Positions 38,612-48,890 of a DNA stretch of 64,000 nucleotides are shown in pieces. Source of the DNA: Paludibacteraceae bacterium (GTDB lineage: Bacteria; Bacteroidota; Bacteroidia; Bacteroidales; Paludibacteraceae); NCBI GenBank assembly GCA_045612045.1, contig JAZKYJ010000022.1, forward strand, positions 3,284-67,283, given 5' to 3'. Position numbers and translations under genes: made by a program. A model generated the notes under the pieces. That model saw only the letters and a program-made list of their open reading frames with translations, was not told the DNA's origin and ran no database searches. Positions within the stretch are counted from its first letter, which is position 1, and each line of letters opens with the position of its first letter.

Positions 38612-39988
38612 ATGAAAAAAATCTTTACAGTATTGGTGTTGCTTGGCGCAACAATCGTAGCTTCGGCACAAGAAGTGCCTAGTTCTTTCCCACGTAAATA
38701 CCTCATAGAGCATTTTACCGGTGATCAATGTGGCTTCTGCCCATATGGCATGTATAGTATTATGGAATATAGTGCTTCCACTACCACTCCATGTATTTGG
38801 GTGAGTCACCACTACGGCTATAACAACGATGAGTACACCATCCCTGAGAGTGCTAAGATTGGTAGTACATGTGGTGTACAAGGTGCACCTAATATGGCTA
38901 TGAACCGTACCAAAGTACAAGGTACAACCATCGCTTTCCACCCTGGCTATCTAGTAGAAGATGGTATGGCAGAGATTATTGCCGACAAATGTGATACCAC
39001 AGCAGAAGCATCAGTGGTGATTGAGCACACCTACAATGCAGATACTCGCGAACTCAATGTAACCGTTAGCGGACAAGTGGCTAATACCGAAGTCACAGAG
39101 TACTTGCTTACTGTACTCATCAAGGAGAATGGTTTGATTGGCAAGCAAGCAGATAACTACTGGTCATGGAAAACAGCTGGTTACAAGGAATTTATGCACC
39201 CATGTGTCGTACGTGACTTGCTCACAGTTAGCCAATTGGGCGACACAGTCAAGGTAGAGAATCAAGCATATAGCATGACCTTCACCTATACTGTTTCCGA
39301 GAAATGGGTAGCAGAGAACTGCAATGTAGTAGCTTATATCACTCCACTCAACAAAAAGCCTATCATCAACGCCGAAGAGACACCGCTCGTTGCTGGTTCC
39401 ACAGGTGGTACTGAATATCAACCATTTGGTATCACAGAAAACAAAGAGCCTACTAATGCTAGCAAACTCACTTTTGATACACTTGAGCTCAACAAGGTAG
39501 CGGATGACAAGTTAGCAATTGAATTGGTAGCTAAATCATCTACACGTTCAGACTTCTATGGTCCACTCAAACTCGCAGTTTACCTTGAATTCAATACCCC
39601 TGATACTATCCTTCCTGTGGACACTTTGGATTGTGTTGATGGCAATGAGTTGAATACATTCTCTACTGGTACAGTAGATATTGTAGAACAAAGTTTTGCT
39701 GGTTCACACATGGCATACTATTTGGCAGCAGATATGGAGCAATTGTGCCACATTTGGCGAATCAAGAGCGGTAAGTTATTGGTTTACGAAGATGGCGGAT
39801 TCTACGCGAGTGGCAAACTCGATAATGGTAAGAATTTCACTATCACTTGCACATTGCCAAAAGATGACACTGCTGTAGAAGACGTTGTATTCGACAAAGC
39901 GCACATTGAAAAACTCATGCGTAATGGTCGAATCATCATCAAGGTAGACGATGTAGAATATGATCTACAAGGTCATATAGTTGAATAA
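38612..39988 (+). CDS. Omp28-related thioredoxin-fold secreted protein
   Basis: Signal peptide and a CxxC motif in HFTGDQCGFCP. The C-terminal tail RNGRIIIKVDDVEYDLQGHIV may be a T9SS-type sorting signal. Confidence 0.55.
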   Translation: MKKIFTVLVLLGATIVASAQEVPSSFPRKYLIEHFTGDQCGFCPYGMYSIMEYSASTTTPCIWVSHHYGYNNDEYTIPESAKIGSTCGVQGAPNMAMNRTKVQGTTIAFHPGYLVEDGMAEIIADKCDTTAEASVVIEHTYNADTRELNVTVSGQVANTEVTEYLLTVLIKENGLIGKQADNYWSWKTAGYKEFMHPCVVRDLLTVSQLGDTVKVENQAYSMTFTYTVSEKWVAENCNVVAYITPLNKKPIINAEETPLVAGSTGGTEYQPFGITENKEPTNASKLTFDTLELNKVADDKLAIELVAKSSTRSDFYGPLKLAVYLEFNTPDTILPVDTLDCVDGNELNTFSTGTVDIVEQSFAGSHMAYYLAADMEQLCHIWRIKSGKLLVYEDGGFYASGKLDNGKNFTITCTLPKDDTAVEDVVFDKAHIEKLMRNGRIIIKVDDVEYDLQGHIVE

Positions 39989-40010
39989 CCCACTTCAACA
40001 CCTTATCACA

Positions 40011-40041
40011 AATCCCTGCATCCACATGCAGGGATTTTTTT
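40011..40041 (+). terminator. Rho-independent terminator after the Omp28-like cluster
   Basis: 11-bp stem aatccctgcat / atgcagggatt with loop ccac, followed by a T-run. Confidence 0.85.
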
Positions 40042-40125
40042 GTGCTTTCTAAATAAATCTAGATATGATTTAGACTTTTTCTATCTTTTTGTTTGCACTT
40101 TCTTGCTATTTCCGATTATTTTTCG

Positions 40126-40133
40126 TACCTTTG
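40126..40133 (+). promoter_or_regulatory. -7 promoter box TACCTTTG for nadE
   Basis: Exact TAnnTTTG match 23 nt upstream of the ATG at 40157. Confidence 0.45.
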
Positions 40134-40156
40134 TGCGCTTTTTATGCAAAATTAAG

Positions 40157-42103
40157 ATGGATAACAAATTTGGATATGTTCGTGTGGCAGCCGCTGTACC
40201 TGAAATGCGGGTGGCAGATTGCCAATACAATGCTAGTCAAATCAAAGCCCTCATCTCTGATGCCTTACAACAGGGAGTAGAAGTAGTCTGCTTCCCGGAA
40301 CTTAGTATCACGGGCTACACGTGTGCAGACCTCTTCTTCACCCAGCAACTGCAGCAGGATGCATTAGTTGCACTTCAAGACCTCTGCCTTTTCACCAGAA
40401 ACCTCCCTATCATTGTGCTAGTGGGAGTACCACTCAAGGTTGATAACAACCTCTACAACTGTGCTTTTGTCATCACCGACGGAGAACTCGTAGGCATCGT
40501 ACCTAAGATCAACCTACCCAATACTGGGGAGTTCTACGAAAAGCGATGGTTTTCTTCGGGTAGAGACGTACTGGAGCACCAGGTCAATAGCATTCGTCCA
40601 CGCATCCCCACCATCGAACTATGGGGAGCAGCCATACCATTTGGCATCGACCTAATCTTCACTACCAACCACTATACCTTTGGTATTGAGATTTGCGAAG
40701 ACCTCTGGTCCCCTCTACCTGCTAGTACGCAGTTGGCCATACAAGGAGCAGAAATCATCTTCAACCTTTCTAGCAGCAATTGTGTGACAGGAAAACATAC
40801 GTTCAGACAACGTATGATCACCCAGCAGTCAGCACGCGTTCATTGCGGATATGTGTACACCTCATCTGGCATAGGCGAGTCTACCACAGACATCGTTTTC
40901 TCTGGTAGTACTTATATTGCCGAAAATGGAGAAATGCTAGAGATAGGCGACCGCTTCCAATTGGAGAACAGCATGATCATCTCCGAGATAGATGTTGAAC
41001 GACTTCGCATAGACCGCCAAAGAAATACCAATTTCACACATGATAAATTGGGGCATTATCGCCATATTCAAGTAGCACCCCTTGAAAGTGACTTCGCAAC
41101 TATAAACGACGAACGATACCCTATCCATCGCCACTTCCCTAAGACACCATTCCTGCCTAAACGTGATCAGGCTATTGACTATTGTCAAGACGTCTTCAAT
41201 CTACAAGCACATGGACTGCTACGAAGATGGCAACACACGCACGCACAAACCCTCATTCTAGGAATTTCGGGCGGACTAGACTCCACGCTAGCGTTGCTCG
41301 TTTGCGTATTTGCTGCAGACAGACTAGGATATCGTAGAGAACAGATTCTAGGTGTCACCATGCCCGGATTTGGTACTAGCAATCGCACCTACAACAATGC
41401 CATCGCACTCATGGAACTCCTTGGTATCAGCATACACGAGATTCCTATCCGAGACATGGCTACACAGCATTTGCAAGACATTGGTCATGACCTTGACAAG
41501 CACGATATCACATACGAAAACGCGCAAGCACGTATACGCACACTCGTTCTCATGGACATGGCAAACAAGTACAACGGTATAGTCGTAGGTACGGGCGATA
41601 TGAGCGAACTCGCACTAGGATGGGCAACCTACTGCGGAGACCAAATGTCTATGTACGGAGTCAATGCGGGCGTACCGAAGACCCTAGTCAGATACCTGGT
41701 GCAATACGCCGCCGAGAATTTATTTGGAAACGAAATTCGAAATATTCTAATGGATATCATTGATACTCCTGTATCGCCCGAACTCTTGCCTACTGACCAA
41801 GATGGCAATATTGCTCAAATTACTGAAGATAAGGTCGGACCATACGAATTACATGATTTCTTCCTATACTACTATCTTCGCTACGGATTCACCCAAGAAA
41901 AGATTGCTTTCATGGCTTCCATCGCATTTGATAACGTATACACACAGCAGACCATCCACCATTGGTTGGGAGTATTCATGCGGAGATTCTTCAGCCAGCA
42001 GTTCAAGAGAAACTGCATGCCAGACGGACCAAAAGTCGTGGGACTTAGCCTTTCTCCTAGAGGAGACTGGAGAATGCCGAGCGACGTGAATCTCGCACAC
42101 TAA
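40157..42103 (+). CDS. nadE: glutamine-dependent NAD+ synthase
   Basis: About 648 aa with an N-terminal CN-hydrolase domain and the PP-loop GISGGLDSTL. The first 39 codons of the track ORF cover the terminator and promoter and are rejected. Confidence 0.9.
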   Translation: MDNKFGYVRVAAAVPEMRVADCQYNASQIKALISDALQQGVEVVCFPELSITGYTCADLFFTQQLQQDALVALQDLCLFTRNLPIIVLVGVPLKVDNNLYNCAFVITDGELVGIVPKINLPNTGEFYEKRWFSSGRDVLEHQVNSIRPRIPTIELWGAAIPFGIDLIFTTNHYTFGIEICEDLWSPLPASTQLAIQGAEIIFNLSSSNCVTGKHTFRQRMITQQSARVHCGYVYTSSGIGESTTDIVFSGSTYIAENGEMLEIGDRFQLENSMIISEIDVERLRIDRQRNTNFTHDKLGHYRHIQVAPLESDFATINDERYPIHRHFPKTPFLPKRDQAIDYCQDVFNLQAHGLLRRWQHTHAQTLILGISGGLDSTLALLVCVFAADRLGYRREQILGVTMPGFGTSNRTYNNAIALMELLGISIHEIPIRDMATQHLQDIGHDLDKHDITYENAQARIRTLVLMDMANKYNGIVVGTGDMSELALGWATYCGDQMSMYGVNAGVPKTLVRYLVQYAAENLFGNEIRNILMDIIDTPVSPELLPTDQDGNIAQITEDKVGPYELHDFFLYYYLRYGFTQEKIAFMASIAFDNVYTQQTIHHWLGVFMRRFFSQQFKRNCMPDGPKVVGLSLSPRGDWRMPSDVNLAH

Positions 42104-42166
42104 AACTACTACGAACTAATAAGGCAACTATCCTTACTCAGTATAACAAAGAAACAATACCAGTAT

Positions 42167-43930
42167 ATGAAAAAGTTTATTTATACTATCCTAGCAAGTT
42201 TTATTGCTATTGCTGCGCAGGCGCAGCTCGTTGAGCCCATCAAGTGGACGGGCACAGTGCAGGGAGACAGCGTACAACTCACTGCCAATATCGAACCTGG
42301 TTGGCACCTCAACATCATCGAACTCGGAGACGGACTTTACATGGACGAGTACGAAGGAACTTTCACCGAGACAGTAGCCAAGGCTGACACCATTCGTGTG
42401 CGTTACAACGCATGCGATGACAAGATGTGCACAGCACCCGAGACATTCGAATTCATCACGGCTGAACCAGAAACCACTATCGCTGCCACTGATGAGCAAG
42501 GTACGCAGAAATCTATTTGGATGGTATTCCTCATGGGACTAGCAGGAGGTCTACTAGCCATCTTCACACCTTGTGTATGGCCTATCATTCCTATGACAGT
42601 ATCATTCTTCATCAAGCGTGGTGGTGCACAAAAAGGTACTACCAATGCCACTGTCATCAAAGATGCTATCTTCTACGGTATCAGCATCATCATCATCTAT
42701 CTCACATTGGGATTGCTAGTCACCTTATTGTTTGGAGCATCTGCACTTAATGCTCTCAGTACCAACGCAGTTGTGAATATTATATTCTTCCTGATTCTCA
42801 TCGTATTCGCAGCATCTTTCTTCGGAGCATTCGAAATCACATTGCCTAGTTCATGGTCAACAGCACTCAATAGCAAATCTAGCAATACCACTGGTTTCCT
42901 TAGTATCTTGCTCATGGCTTTCACACTTGTGATTGTTTCGTTCTCATGCACCGGTCCTATCATTGGCACATTGCTCGTAGAGGCAGCGGGTAAGTCATTG
43001 CTCGCACCTGCCATGGGAATGCTAGGTTTTGCCATAGCATTGGCTCTGCCATTCTCAATCTTTGCCATGTTCCCATCTGTGCTTAGCAAGTTGCCTAAGT
43101 CAGGCGGATGGATGAATACCTTCAAGGTTACCTTGGCATTCTTAGAGTTGGCATTAGCACTCAAGTTCCTCAGCGTAGCAGACTTGGCATATGGATGGCA
43201 TATCCTCGACCGAGAAGTCTTCGTTGCGCTATGGATTGTTATCTTCACGCTGTTGGGCATGTATCTATTGGGCTTGATTGCTTTCCCACACGATGATGAC
43301 GAGCACCGCAAAACATCCGTACCACGACTCTTCTTGGCTATCATCTCTCTCGCGTTTGCCATGTATATGGTACCAGGATTATGGGGAGCACCGCTGCGTG
43401 CTATCTCTGCTTTCGCACCACCAATCACCACACAAGACTGGGTCATGACACCTGGAGCTACTACTACCACTCACGAGCTTCCTAATACAGATACTAGATA
43501 CTCCACCATGACTATACACGATGGACAAATCACCTTCACCGACTACGATGAAGGGATGGCTTATGCCAAAGAGAACAACATGCCGGTCTTCCTAGACTTC
43601 AATGGCTTTGGTTGTGTCAACTGTAGAAAGATGGAGGCCGCCGTGCTCAGCAAACCTGAAGTAGCACAGCACATGCATCAATACGTGCTCATTTCGCTCA
43701 TCGTCGATGATAAGACCAAACTCCCAGAACCTATCACTATCGAGGAGAATGGAAAGACCACTACCCTCAAGACTGTCGGAGATAAATGCAGCTATATGCA
43801 GCGCGTACAATACCAGTCCAACGCACAACCATACTACGTGCAACTAGATGCCGATGGCAATCGTATTGTAGAAAGTAGCTATGCGTACGATGAAGATATT
43901 CAGAAATTCTTAAACTGGCTAAAATATTAA
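42167..43930 (+). CDS. dsbD: DsbD-family protein-disulfide reductase (CcdA membrane core + C-terminal thioredoxin domain)
   Basis: 587-aa ORF with membrane cysteines FTPCVWPIIP and FSCTGPIIG, and a C-terminal Trx motif GFGCVNCRKME. Confidence 0.8.
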   Translation: MKKFIYTILASFIAIAAQAQLVEPIKWTGTVQGDSVQLTANIEPGWHLNIIELGDGLYMDEYEGTFTETVAKADTIRVRYNACDDKMCTAPETFEFITAEPETTIAATDEQGTQKSIWMVFLMGLAGGLLAIFTPCVWPIIPMTVSFFIKRGGAQKGTTNATVIKDAIFYGISIIIIYLTLGLLVTLLFGASALNALSTNAVVNIIFFLILIVFAASFFGAFEITLPSSWSTALNSKSSNTTGFLSILLMAFTLVIVSFSCTGPIIGTLLVEAAGKSLLAPAMGMLGFAIALALPFSIFAMFPSVLSKLPKSGGWMNTFKVTLAFLELALALKFLSVADLAYGWHILDREVFVALWIVIFTLLGMYLLGLIAFPHDDDEHRKTSVPRLFLAIISLAFAMYMVPGLWGAPLRAISAFAPPITTQDWVMTPGATTTTHELPNTDTRYSTMTIHDGQITFTDYDEGMAYAKENNMPVFLDFNGFGCVNCRKMEAAVLSKPEVAQHMHQYVLISLIVDDKTKLPEPITIEENGKTTTLKTVGDKCSYMQRVQYQSNAQPYYVQLDADGNRIVESSYAYDEDIQKFLNWLKY

Positions 43931-43943
43931 CTCGCGATTAATC

Positions 43944-44789
43944 ATGTACAATCCAGATACAAAAAGAACAGCTTTCTCTAGATCGTCTAGATCATCTAGC
44001 GATTCACCTCGTCGTCCTATCTCCTCATCGCCTAAGAACTACGATACACGACGTCCGCCTGAAAAGGAGATGGTCTTTGGTATTCGTGCCATCATCGAGG
44101 CCATTGATGCGGGAAAAACGATCGACAAGATCCTCATTCGTCGTGACATGACCTCTACCATCGGTAAGGAACTGCTCAAGAAACTCATGGGTACCACCAC
44201 TCCCGTACAGAAAGTACCTGTAGAAAAGCTTAACCAATACACCGATAAGAACCACCAAGGAGCCATTGCCTTTTTGAGTCCAATCGAGTTTGTAAATATA
44301 GACGCCCTAGTTCCTAGTCTCTTCGAGCAGGGAAAAGCACCTTTGCTCATCTTGCTAGACGGCGTGACCGACGTACGCAATTTCGGAGCCATTGCTCGTA
44401 GTTGCGTCTGTGCGGGTGCAGATGCACTCATCATCGGTACACATGGTAGCGTGGCCATCAATGGTGATGCGGTCAAGACCTCTGCAGGAGCACTCTACCA
44501 TCTACCGGTTTGCAAGGTCGACAACCTACAAAACTGCTTGCAATATCTGCGTGACTCTGGTTTCAATCTGATTGCAGCCACAGAGCATGCTACTGATAAC
44601 TACACACAAGTCGACATGACGACTCCTACTGTCATCGTCATGGGCAGCGAGGACAAAGGTATCTACGAGGCGAACCTGAACATCTGCACCCACCAAGTGC
44701 GCATTCCTATGTCAGGGGTTATCGAGAGCCTCAACGTCAGCGTAGCAGCAGGTATAATGCTATACGAAGCGGTGAGACAAAGACAATAA
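43944..44789 (+). CDS. rlmB: TrmH/SpoU-family 23S rRNA 2'-O-methyltransferase (RlmB-like)
   Basis: 281-aa ORF with a basic S/R-rich N-terminal tail. It has the SpoU motifs NFGAIARS, VMGSEDKG and ESLNVSVA. Confidence 0.8.
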   Translation: MYNPDTKRTAFSRSSRSSSDSPRRPISSSPKNYDTRRPPEKEMVFGIRAIIEAIDAGKTIDKILIRRDMTSTIGKELLKKLMGTTTPVQKVPVEKLNQYTDKNHQGAIAFLSPIEFVNIDALVPSLFEQGKAPLLILLDGVTDVRNFGAIARSCVCAGADALIIGTHGSVAINGDAVKTSAGALYHLPVCKVDNLQNCLQYLRDSGFNLIAATEHATDNYTQVDMTTPTVIVMGSEDKGIYEANLNICTHQVRIPMSGVIESLNVSVAAGIMLYEAVRQRQ

Positions 44790-44801
44790 ATTCTCCATAC
44801 T

Positions 44802-45464
44802 ATGCTCATCATCTTCGATCTCGATGGTACACTCATCAATACCATCTCCGACCTCGGCCAGGCGTGCAACCATGCTCTCTCAGAGTGCGGATTCCCTACG
44901 CACCCTATCGACGAATACCCTAGATTGGTGGGAAACGGGGTCAACAAACTCATCGAACGCTCACTACCTGAACAAGATCGCAACGAAGAGACCGTCCTCC
45001 GCCTGCGTCAGTTTTTCGTGCCTTTCTACGACCTGCACAACTGCGACCTCACCCAGCCATACGACGGTATTCATGATCTGCTAAACGAGCTAAAAAAACA
45101 AGGGCACACCCTCGCGGTGGCTTCCAATAAATACCAATCAGCTACACAAAAGATTGTGTCTCAACTCTTTCCAGGCATCTTCGATATTGTGCTAGGCGAG
45201 CGAGAGGGCATTCCGCGCAAACCTGATCCACAGATCGTTTACGACATTATCCATCGTCTATCGCCAGCCCTATCACAATCGCCCATCCTCTATATCGGCG
45301 ATTCATCGGTAGATGCACACACGGCCAGAGCTGCTGCTGATCAGTTACCAGTAAAATTAGTGCTATGTACATGGGGATTCTCTTCTACCGAGGAAATGAA
45401 AGCTTTGCACCCCGATTTTCTGGTTGACCACCCTAGCGAAATCCTCCCTATCCTAGCCAACTAA
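44802..45464 (+). CDS. HAD-superfamily hydrolase (phosphoglycolate phosphatase-like)
   Basis: IIFDLDGTLINT (motif I), ASNK (motif II) and IGDSSVD (motif III). Confidence 0.75.
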   Translation: MLIIFDLDGTLINTISDLGQACNHALSECGFPTHPIDEYPRLVGNGVNKLIERSLPEQDRNEETVLRLRQFFVPFYDLHNCDLTQPYDGIHDLLNELKKQGHTLAVASNKYQSATQKIVSQLFPGIFDIVLGEREGIPRKPDPQIVYDIIHRLSPALSQSPILYIGDSSVDAHTARAAADQLPVKLVLCTWGFSSTEEMKALHPDFLVDHPSEILPILAN

Positions 45465-45501
45465 TAACTACAGATAGGCAAATCTACACTAGATCAGATA
45501 C

Positions 45502-45532
45502 AAAAAATGCACTCGATTTGAGTGCATTTTTT
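45502..45532. terminator. Bidirectional Rho-independent terminator between convergent genes
   Basis: aaaaaatgcactc / gagtgcatttttt with loop gattt. A-run and T-run flanks allow termination in both directions. Confidence 0.85.
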
Positions 45533-45560
45533 CTAGTACAGACCTTAACGATGGTCTAAT

Positions 45561-47336
45561 TTAAATACCCAAACTGGCCTTTATAGCAGGCACTTTCGCC
45601 TCAGCTTCTGCAGTCGCAGCAGCATAATCCGCAGGACTAGCCATCACAGCAGGAATCTCAAAGTAGAACTTGATCTTTGGTTCTGTACCACTAGGACGAA
45701 CAGAAATCTTCATGCCGCCTTCTGTGAAGTATTGCAACACATTGCTCGTTGCATTCAGTGCCATCACGATTGGCGTCTCTACCCACTCGCCATCCACTAG
45801 TTCACGTTGAACCAACGTCTTGAAGTCCTTTGATTTAACTACCTTTTCTCCCGCAATTTCCATTGGAGGATTCTGGCGGAAATTCAACATCATTGCCTGA
45901 ATCTCTTCTGCTCCTGACTTGCCAGGACGCACTACATTCACCGTAGTCTCACGTTGGAAACCATATTCCATATAGATATTCAGCAGGTAGTCATAGAGCG
46001 TCATTCCATTATCTTTGGCATAAGCTGCAATCTCGCAGATGAGGCAGATAGCAGAAGGCGAACATTTATCTCTAACGGCATCGTATGGCAAGAAGCCAAA
46101 GCTCTCTTCGCCACCGCCTATGTATTTGCGCGTACCCTCCCACTCGCGGATACGATTTGCAATCCACTTAAAACCTGTATATTCATCGGTCAAAGTCACG
46201 CCTTGTGCATCCGCCATCTTGCGGATCAATTCACTGGTAACGATGGTCTTAACCAAATAGTGCTCAGGGCGAAGTTTGCCTAGTTTCTTCATATTGTTGA
46301 TGATGTAGTAGCAGTACATCATACAGGTTTGGTTACCGTTGATGATGGTCCATTCGCCTTTGTCGTTGCGACAAACAATAGCTATACGGTCAGCATCTGG
46401 GTCAGAAGCTATCACGAGGTCAGCATTGAGCTGTGTACCTAGGTTCATACCCATGGTCATAGCCTCTGCGTTCTCTGGATTAGGACTTTGCACGGTAGAG
46501 AAATTGCCATCAATCACCATCTGCTCTGGTACCACGTGAATATTCTCAAATCCCCACGAGCGAAGACACATTGGGATGATCTGGCGTCCTGCACCATGAA
46601 GAGGAGTATATACGATGTTCAAGTCTTTCTGACGTAGGATGGTCTCCTGATCGATCATCACGGTCTTCACAGCTTGCATATAGTCGTAGTCCAATTCGCC
46701 ACCGATCACCTCTATAAGATGCTCATTACCTGTCATTTTCACATCTGCGAGAGTCACTTTATTGACCTCGTCGATGATACCCTGATCATGTGGTTGTAGC
46801 ACTTGACTTCCATCCTCCCAGTATGCTTTATAGCCATTATACTCTTTAGGGTTATGACTTGCTGTTACGTTCACACCACCTTGAGCTGACAAGTGGCGAA
46901 TAGCGAAACTCACCTCTGGTGTTGGACGGAGGCTCTCAAATAGATATACTTTGATACCGTTGGCAGCGAAGACGGCCGCTACTGTCTCAGCAAAGAGACG
47001 ACCATTATTGCGGCAATCATGACCAACTACCACGCTCACTCTATCACCTTTTAGTGTCTCAAATCCACCGGCTGCCTGCACTTTCAGCATATAGTTGGCA
47101 TATCCTTGCGTCGCTTGAGCTACGATGTATTGGTTCATGCGGTTGGTTCCTGGGCCCATCAGGCCACGCAAACCTCCGGTTCCGAACTCTAATGTACGAT
47201 AGAAACTATCGATCAGTTCGGTCTTGTCCTCTGCGTCGATCATTGCACGTACTGCGGCTTGAGTCTCGGCGTCGTAAGGTGCTTTGGTCCATTGCTCTGC
47301 AACAGACAATACTTGTTGAAGTTCTTCGTTTTTCAT
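45561..47336 (-). CDS. phosphosugar mutase (phosphoglucomutase/phosphomannomutase family)
   Basis: 591-aa ORF with active-site serine loop TASHNPKEYNGYK, metal loop DPDADR and sugar loop GGEESFG. Confidence 0.9.
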   Translation of the reverse strand: MKNEELQQVLSVAEQWTKAPYDAETQAAVRAMIDAEDKTELIDSFYRTLEFGTGGLRGLMGPGTNRMNQYIVAQATQGYANYMLKVQAAGGFETLKGDRVSVVVGHDCRNNGRLFAETVAAVFAANGIKVYLFESLRPTPEVSFAIRHLSAQGGVNVTASHNPKEYNGYKAYWEDGSQVLQPHDQGIIDEVNKVTLADVKMTGNEHLIEVIGGELDYDYMQAVKTVMIDQETILRQKDLNIVYTPLHGAGRQIIPMCLRSWGFENIHVVPEQMVIDGNFSTVQSPNPENAEAMTMGMNLGTQLNADLVIASDPDADRIAIVCRNDKGEWTIINGNQTCMMYCYYIINNMKKLGKLRPEHYLVKTIVTSELIRKMADAQGVTLTDEYTGFKWIANRIREWEGTRKYIGGGEESFGFLPYDAVRDKCSPSAICLICEIAAYAKDNGMTLYDYLLNIYMEYGFQRETTVNVVRPGKSGAEEIQAMMLNFRQNPPMEIAGEKVVKSKDFKTLVQRELVDGEWVETPIVMALNATSNVLQYFTEGGMKISVRPSGTEPKIKFYFEIPAVMASPADYAAATAEAEAKVPAIKASLGI

Positions 47337-47382
47337 ATTCAGTATTATTTTTGCATTAGTATTCGTATATTCGTATTTGCGA

Positions 47383-47390
47383 CAAAGGTA
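47383..47390 (-). promoter_or_regulatory. -7 promoter box (TACCTTTG on minus strand) for the phosphosugar mutase gene
   Basis: Plus strand reads caaaggta, 47 nt upstream of the ATG at 47336. Confidence 0.45.
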
Positions 47391-47462
47391 CTACTTTTTT
47401 TTGACATATGCAAGATTTAGCGAAAAAAAAACAAAACACTTGTGTAATTGGTTTTTTTTTAG

Positions 47463-47470
47463 TAACTTTG
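47463..47470 (+). promoter_or_regulatory. -7 promoter box TAACTTTG for hpt
   Basis: Exact TAnnTTTG match 71 nt upstream of the ATG at 47541. Confidence 0.45.
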
Positions 47471-47540
47471 CAGCGATTTTTTGCGTATGTGCTCGCACGC
47501 GCAAACGCACACGAAGATTTAACTGAATAGCAATTATTAC

Positions 47541-48083
47541 ATGTCAACTATCCAAGTCAACGACCTAGAGTTTGTAGAATATCTTTCGGCCCAAGAGATT
47601 ACCCATGCGGTGAATCAAGTGGCAGAACGCATCAATCATGACTATGCAGGCAAAGAGCCCCTGTTCATATGCGTACTCAATGGTGCCTTTATGTATGCTT
47701 CTGATTTGATGAAGTGTATCACTCTCCCCTGTGAGATCACCTTTGTTCGCCTCAAGTCCTACGAGGGGACAGCCACCACTGGAGATGTCAAGATGCTCAC
47801 TCCGCTTAGCGTTGACGTCAAAGGGCGAGACATCATTGTCATCGAAGATATTGTAGATACAGGATTGACCATGCATGGTTTCATACGCCAGCTTCATACC
47901 ATGGGAGCTGCTTCAGTAGAGTTGACCTCCTTCCTCTTCAAGCCCGAAGCATTGCAATACCCCGATGCTACGCCCAAGTATGTAGGCCAAGAGATCCCCA
48001 CGAAGTTCGTCCTGGGCTATGGTCTAGATTATAACGAGAAAGGTCGCAATCTGCCTAGTTTATACGTATTGAAGAAAGATTAA
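47541..48083 (+). CDS. hpt: hypoxanthine phosphoribosyltransferase
   Basis: 180-aa ORF with PRPP-binding motif IIVIEDIVDTGLTM and C-terminal GYGLDY. Confidence 0.9.
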   Translation: MSTIQVNDLEFVEYLSAQEITHAVNQVAERINHDYAGKEPLFICVLNGAFMYASDLMKCITLPCEITFVRLKSYEGTATTGDVKMLTPLSVDVKGRDIIVIEDIVDTGLTMHGFIRQLHTMGAASVELTSFLFKPEALQYPDATPKYVGQEIPTKFVLGYGLDYNEKGRNLPSLYVLKKD

Positions 48084-48125
48084 TATCCTACCCGTCTAAC
48101 CGACAAAGGAATAACCGACAAAGAT

Positions 48126-48872
48126 ATGATAACCAAATTTCTACACGGTATTGGCGAGTACACTCTGCTGATGGGCAGAGTGCTACGTACGCCAGATAAG
48201 TGGCGCATGTTTTGGCGTCAATTGAGCAAAGAGATGGGCAAGCAAGGTCTTGAGTCCATCCTCATCACTTTGATCGTAAGTGTCTTTATGGGCGCAATCA
48301 TGACCCTGCAAACCAAACTCAATACGGAGAACCCCCTATTGCCCGCCTACTCCACGGGCCTAGTCACACGCGACTGTATCTTGCTCGAGTTCTCTAGCAC
48401 CATCCTATGCCTACTATTAGCGGGTAAAGTGGGTAGTAATATCTCCTCTGAGATTGGTACCATGCGCATCACAGAGCAGATTGATGCGATGGAAATTATG
48501 GGTGTGAACTCTGCGAATTACCTTATTCTTCCCAAAGTGGTGGCATTCATGGTGATGATGCCGCTTTTGGTCACACTGTCCATGTTCATGGGCCTGCTAG
48601 GCGGATATGGTATCAGCGCAATCACCAGCGTACTCCCTGTGTCGGAATACCTGCTAGGTATACAGTATGCATTTATCCCGTTCTATGTGTGGTATTCATT
48701 CATCAAAACCGTCATCTTCGCCTTCGTGATTGCCAGCATGGCATCCTACTATGGCTACTACGCCAGAGGTGGTGCACTAGAGGTAGGTAAAGCCAGCACC
48801 AGAGCCGTGGTCAACAGCAGCATCGTCATCCTACTGCTCGATGTGGTACTGACCAACCTGATGTTGAATTAG
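48126..48872 (+). CDS. mlaE: MlaE-family ABC transporter permease
   Basis: 248-aa ORF, multi-pass membrane protein. EQIDAMEIMG is typical of MlaE/Ttg2B, and it is followed by the cognate ATPase. Confidence 0.8.
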   Translation: MITKFLHGIGEYTLLMGRVLRTPDKWRMFWRQLSKEMGKQGLESILITLIVSVFMGAIMTLQTKLNTENPLLPAYSTGLVTRDCILLEFSSTILCLLLAGKVGSNISSEIGTMRITEQIDAMEIMGVNSANYLILPKVVAFMVMMPLLVTLSMFMGLLGGYGISAITSVLPVSEYLLGIQYAFIPFYVWYSFIKTVIFAFVIASMASYYGYYARGGALEVGKASTRAVVNSSIVILLLDVVLTNLMLN

Positions 48873-48890
48873 TGTAAAAGATGTAAGCGT

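Noticed and set aside
42697-43470. Long antisense ORFs inside well-supported genes: 257 aa here; also 16245-16934 (229 aa), 51810-52394 (194 aa), 33492-34058 (188 aa), 50324-50776 (150 aa), 24588-25089 (138 and 158 aa) and 62218-62709 (163 aa).
   Set aside because: Each lies entirely within a gene that has strong family motifs on the other strand or frame. The translations are Ser/Arg/Cys-rich and low in complexity, with no recognisable motifs.
47471-47540. The hpt 5' leader contains a small nested stem-loop (tttgcg..gtgc-tc-gcac..cgcaaa), which might be a purine riboswitch.
   Set aside because: It is far too short and lacks the conserved purine-riboswitch junction and loop sequences.
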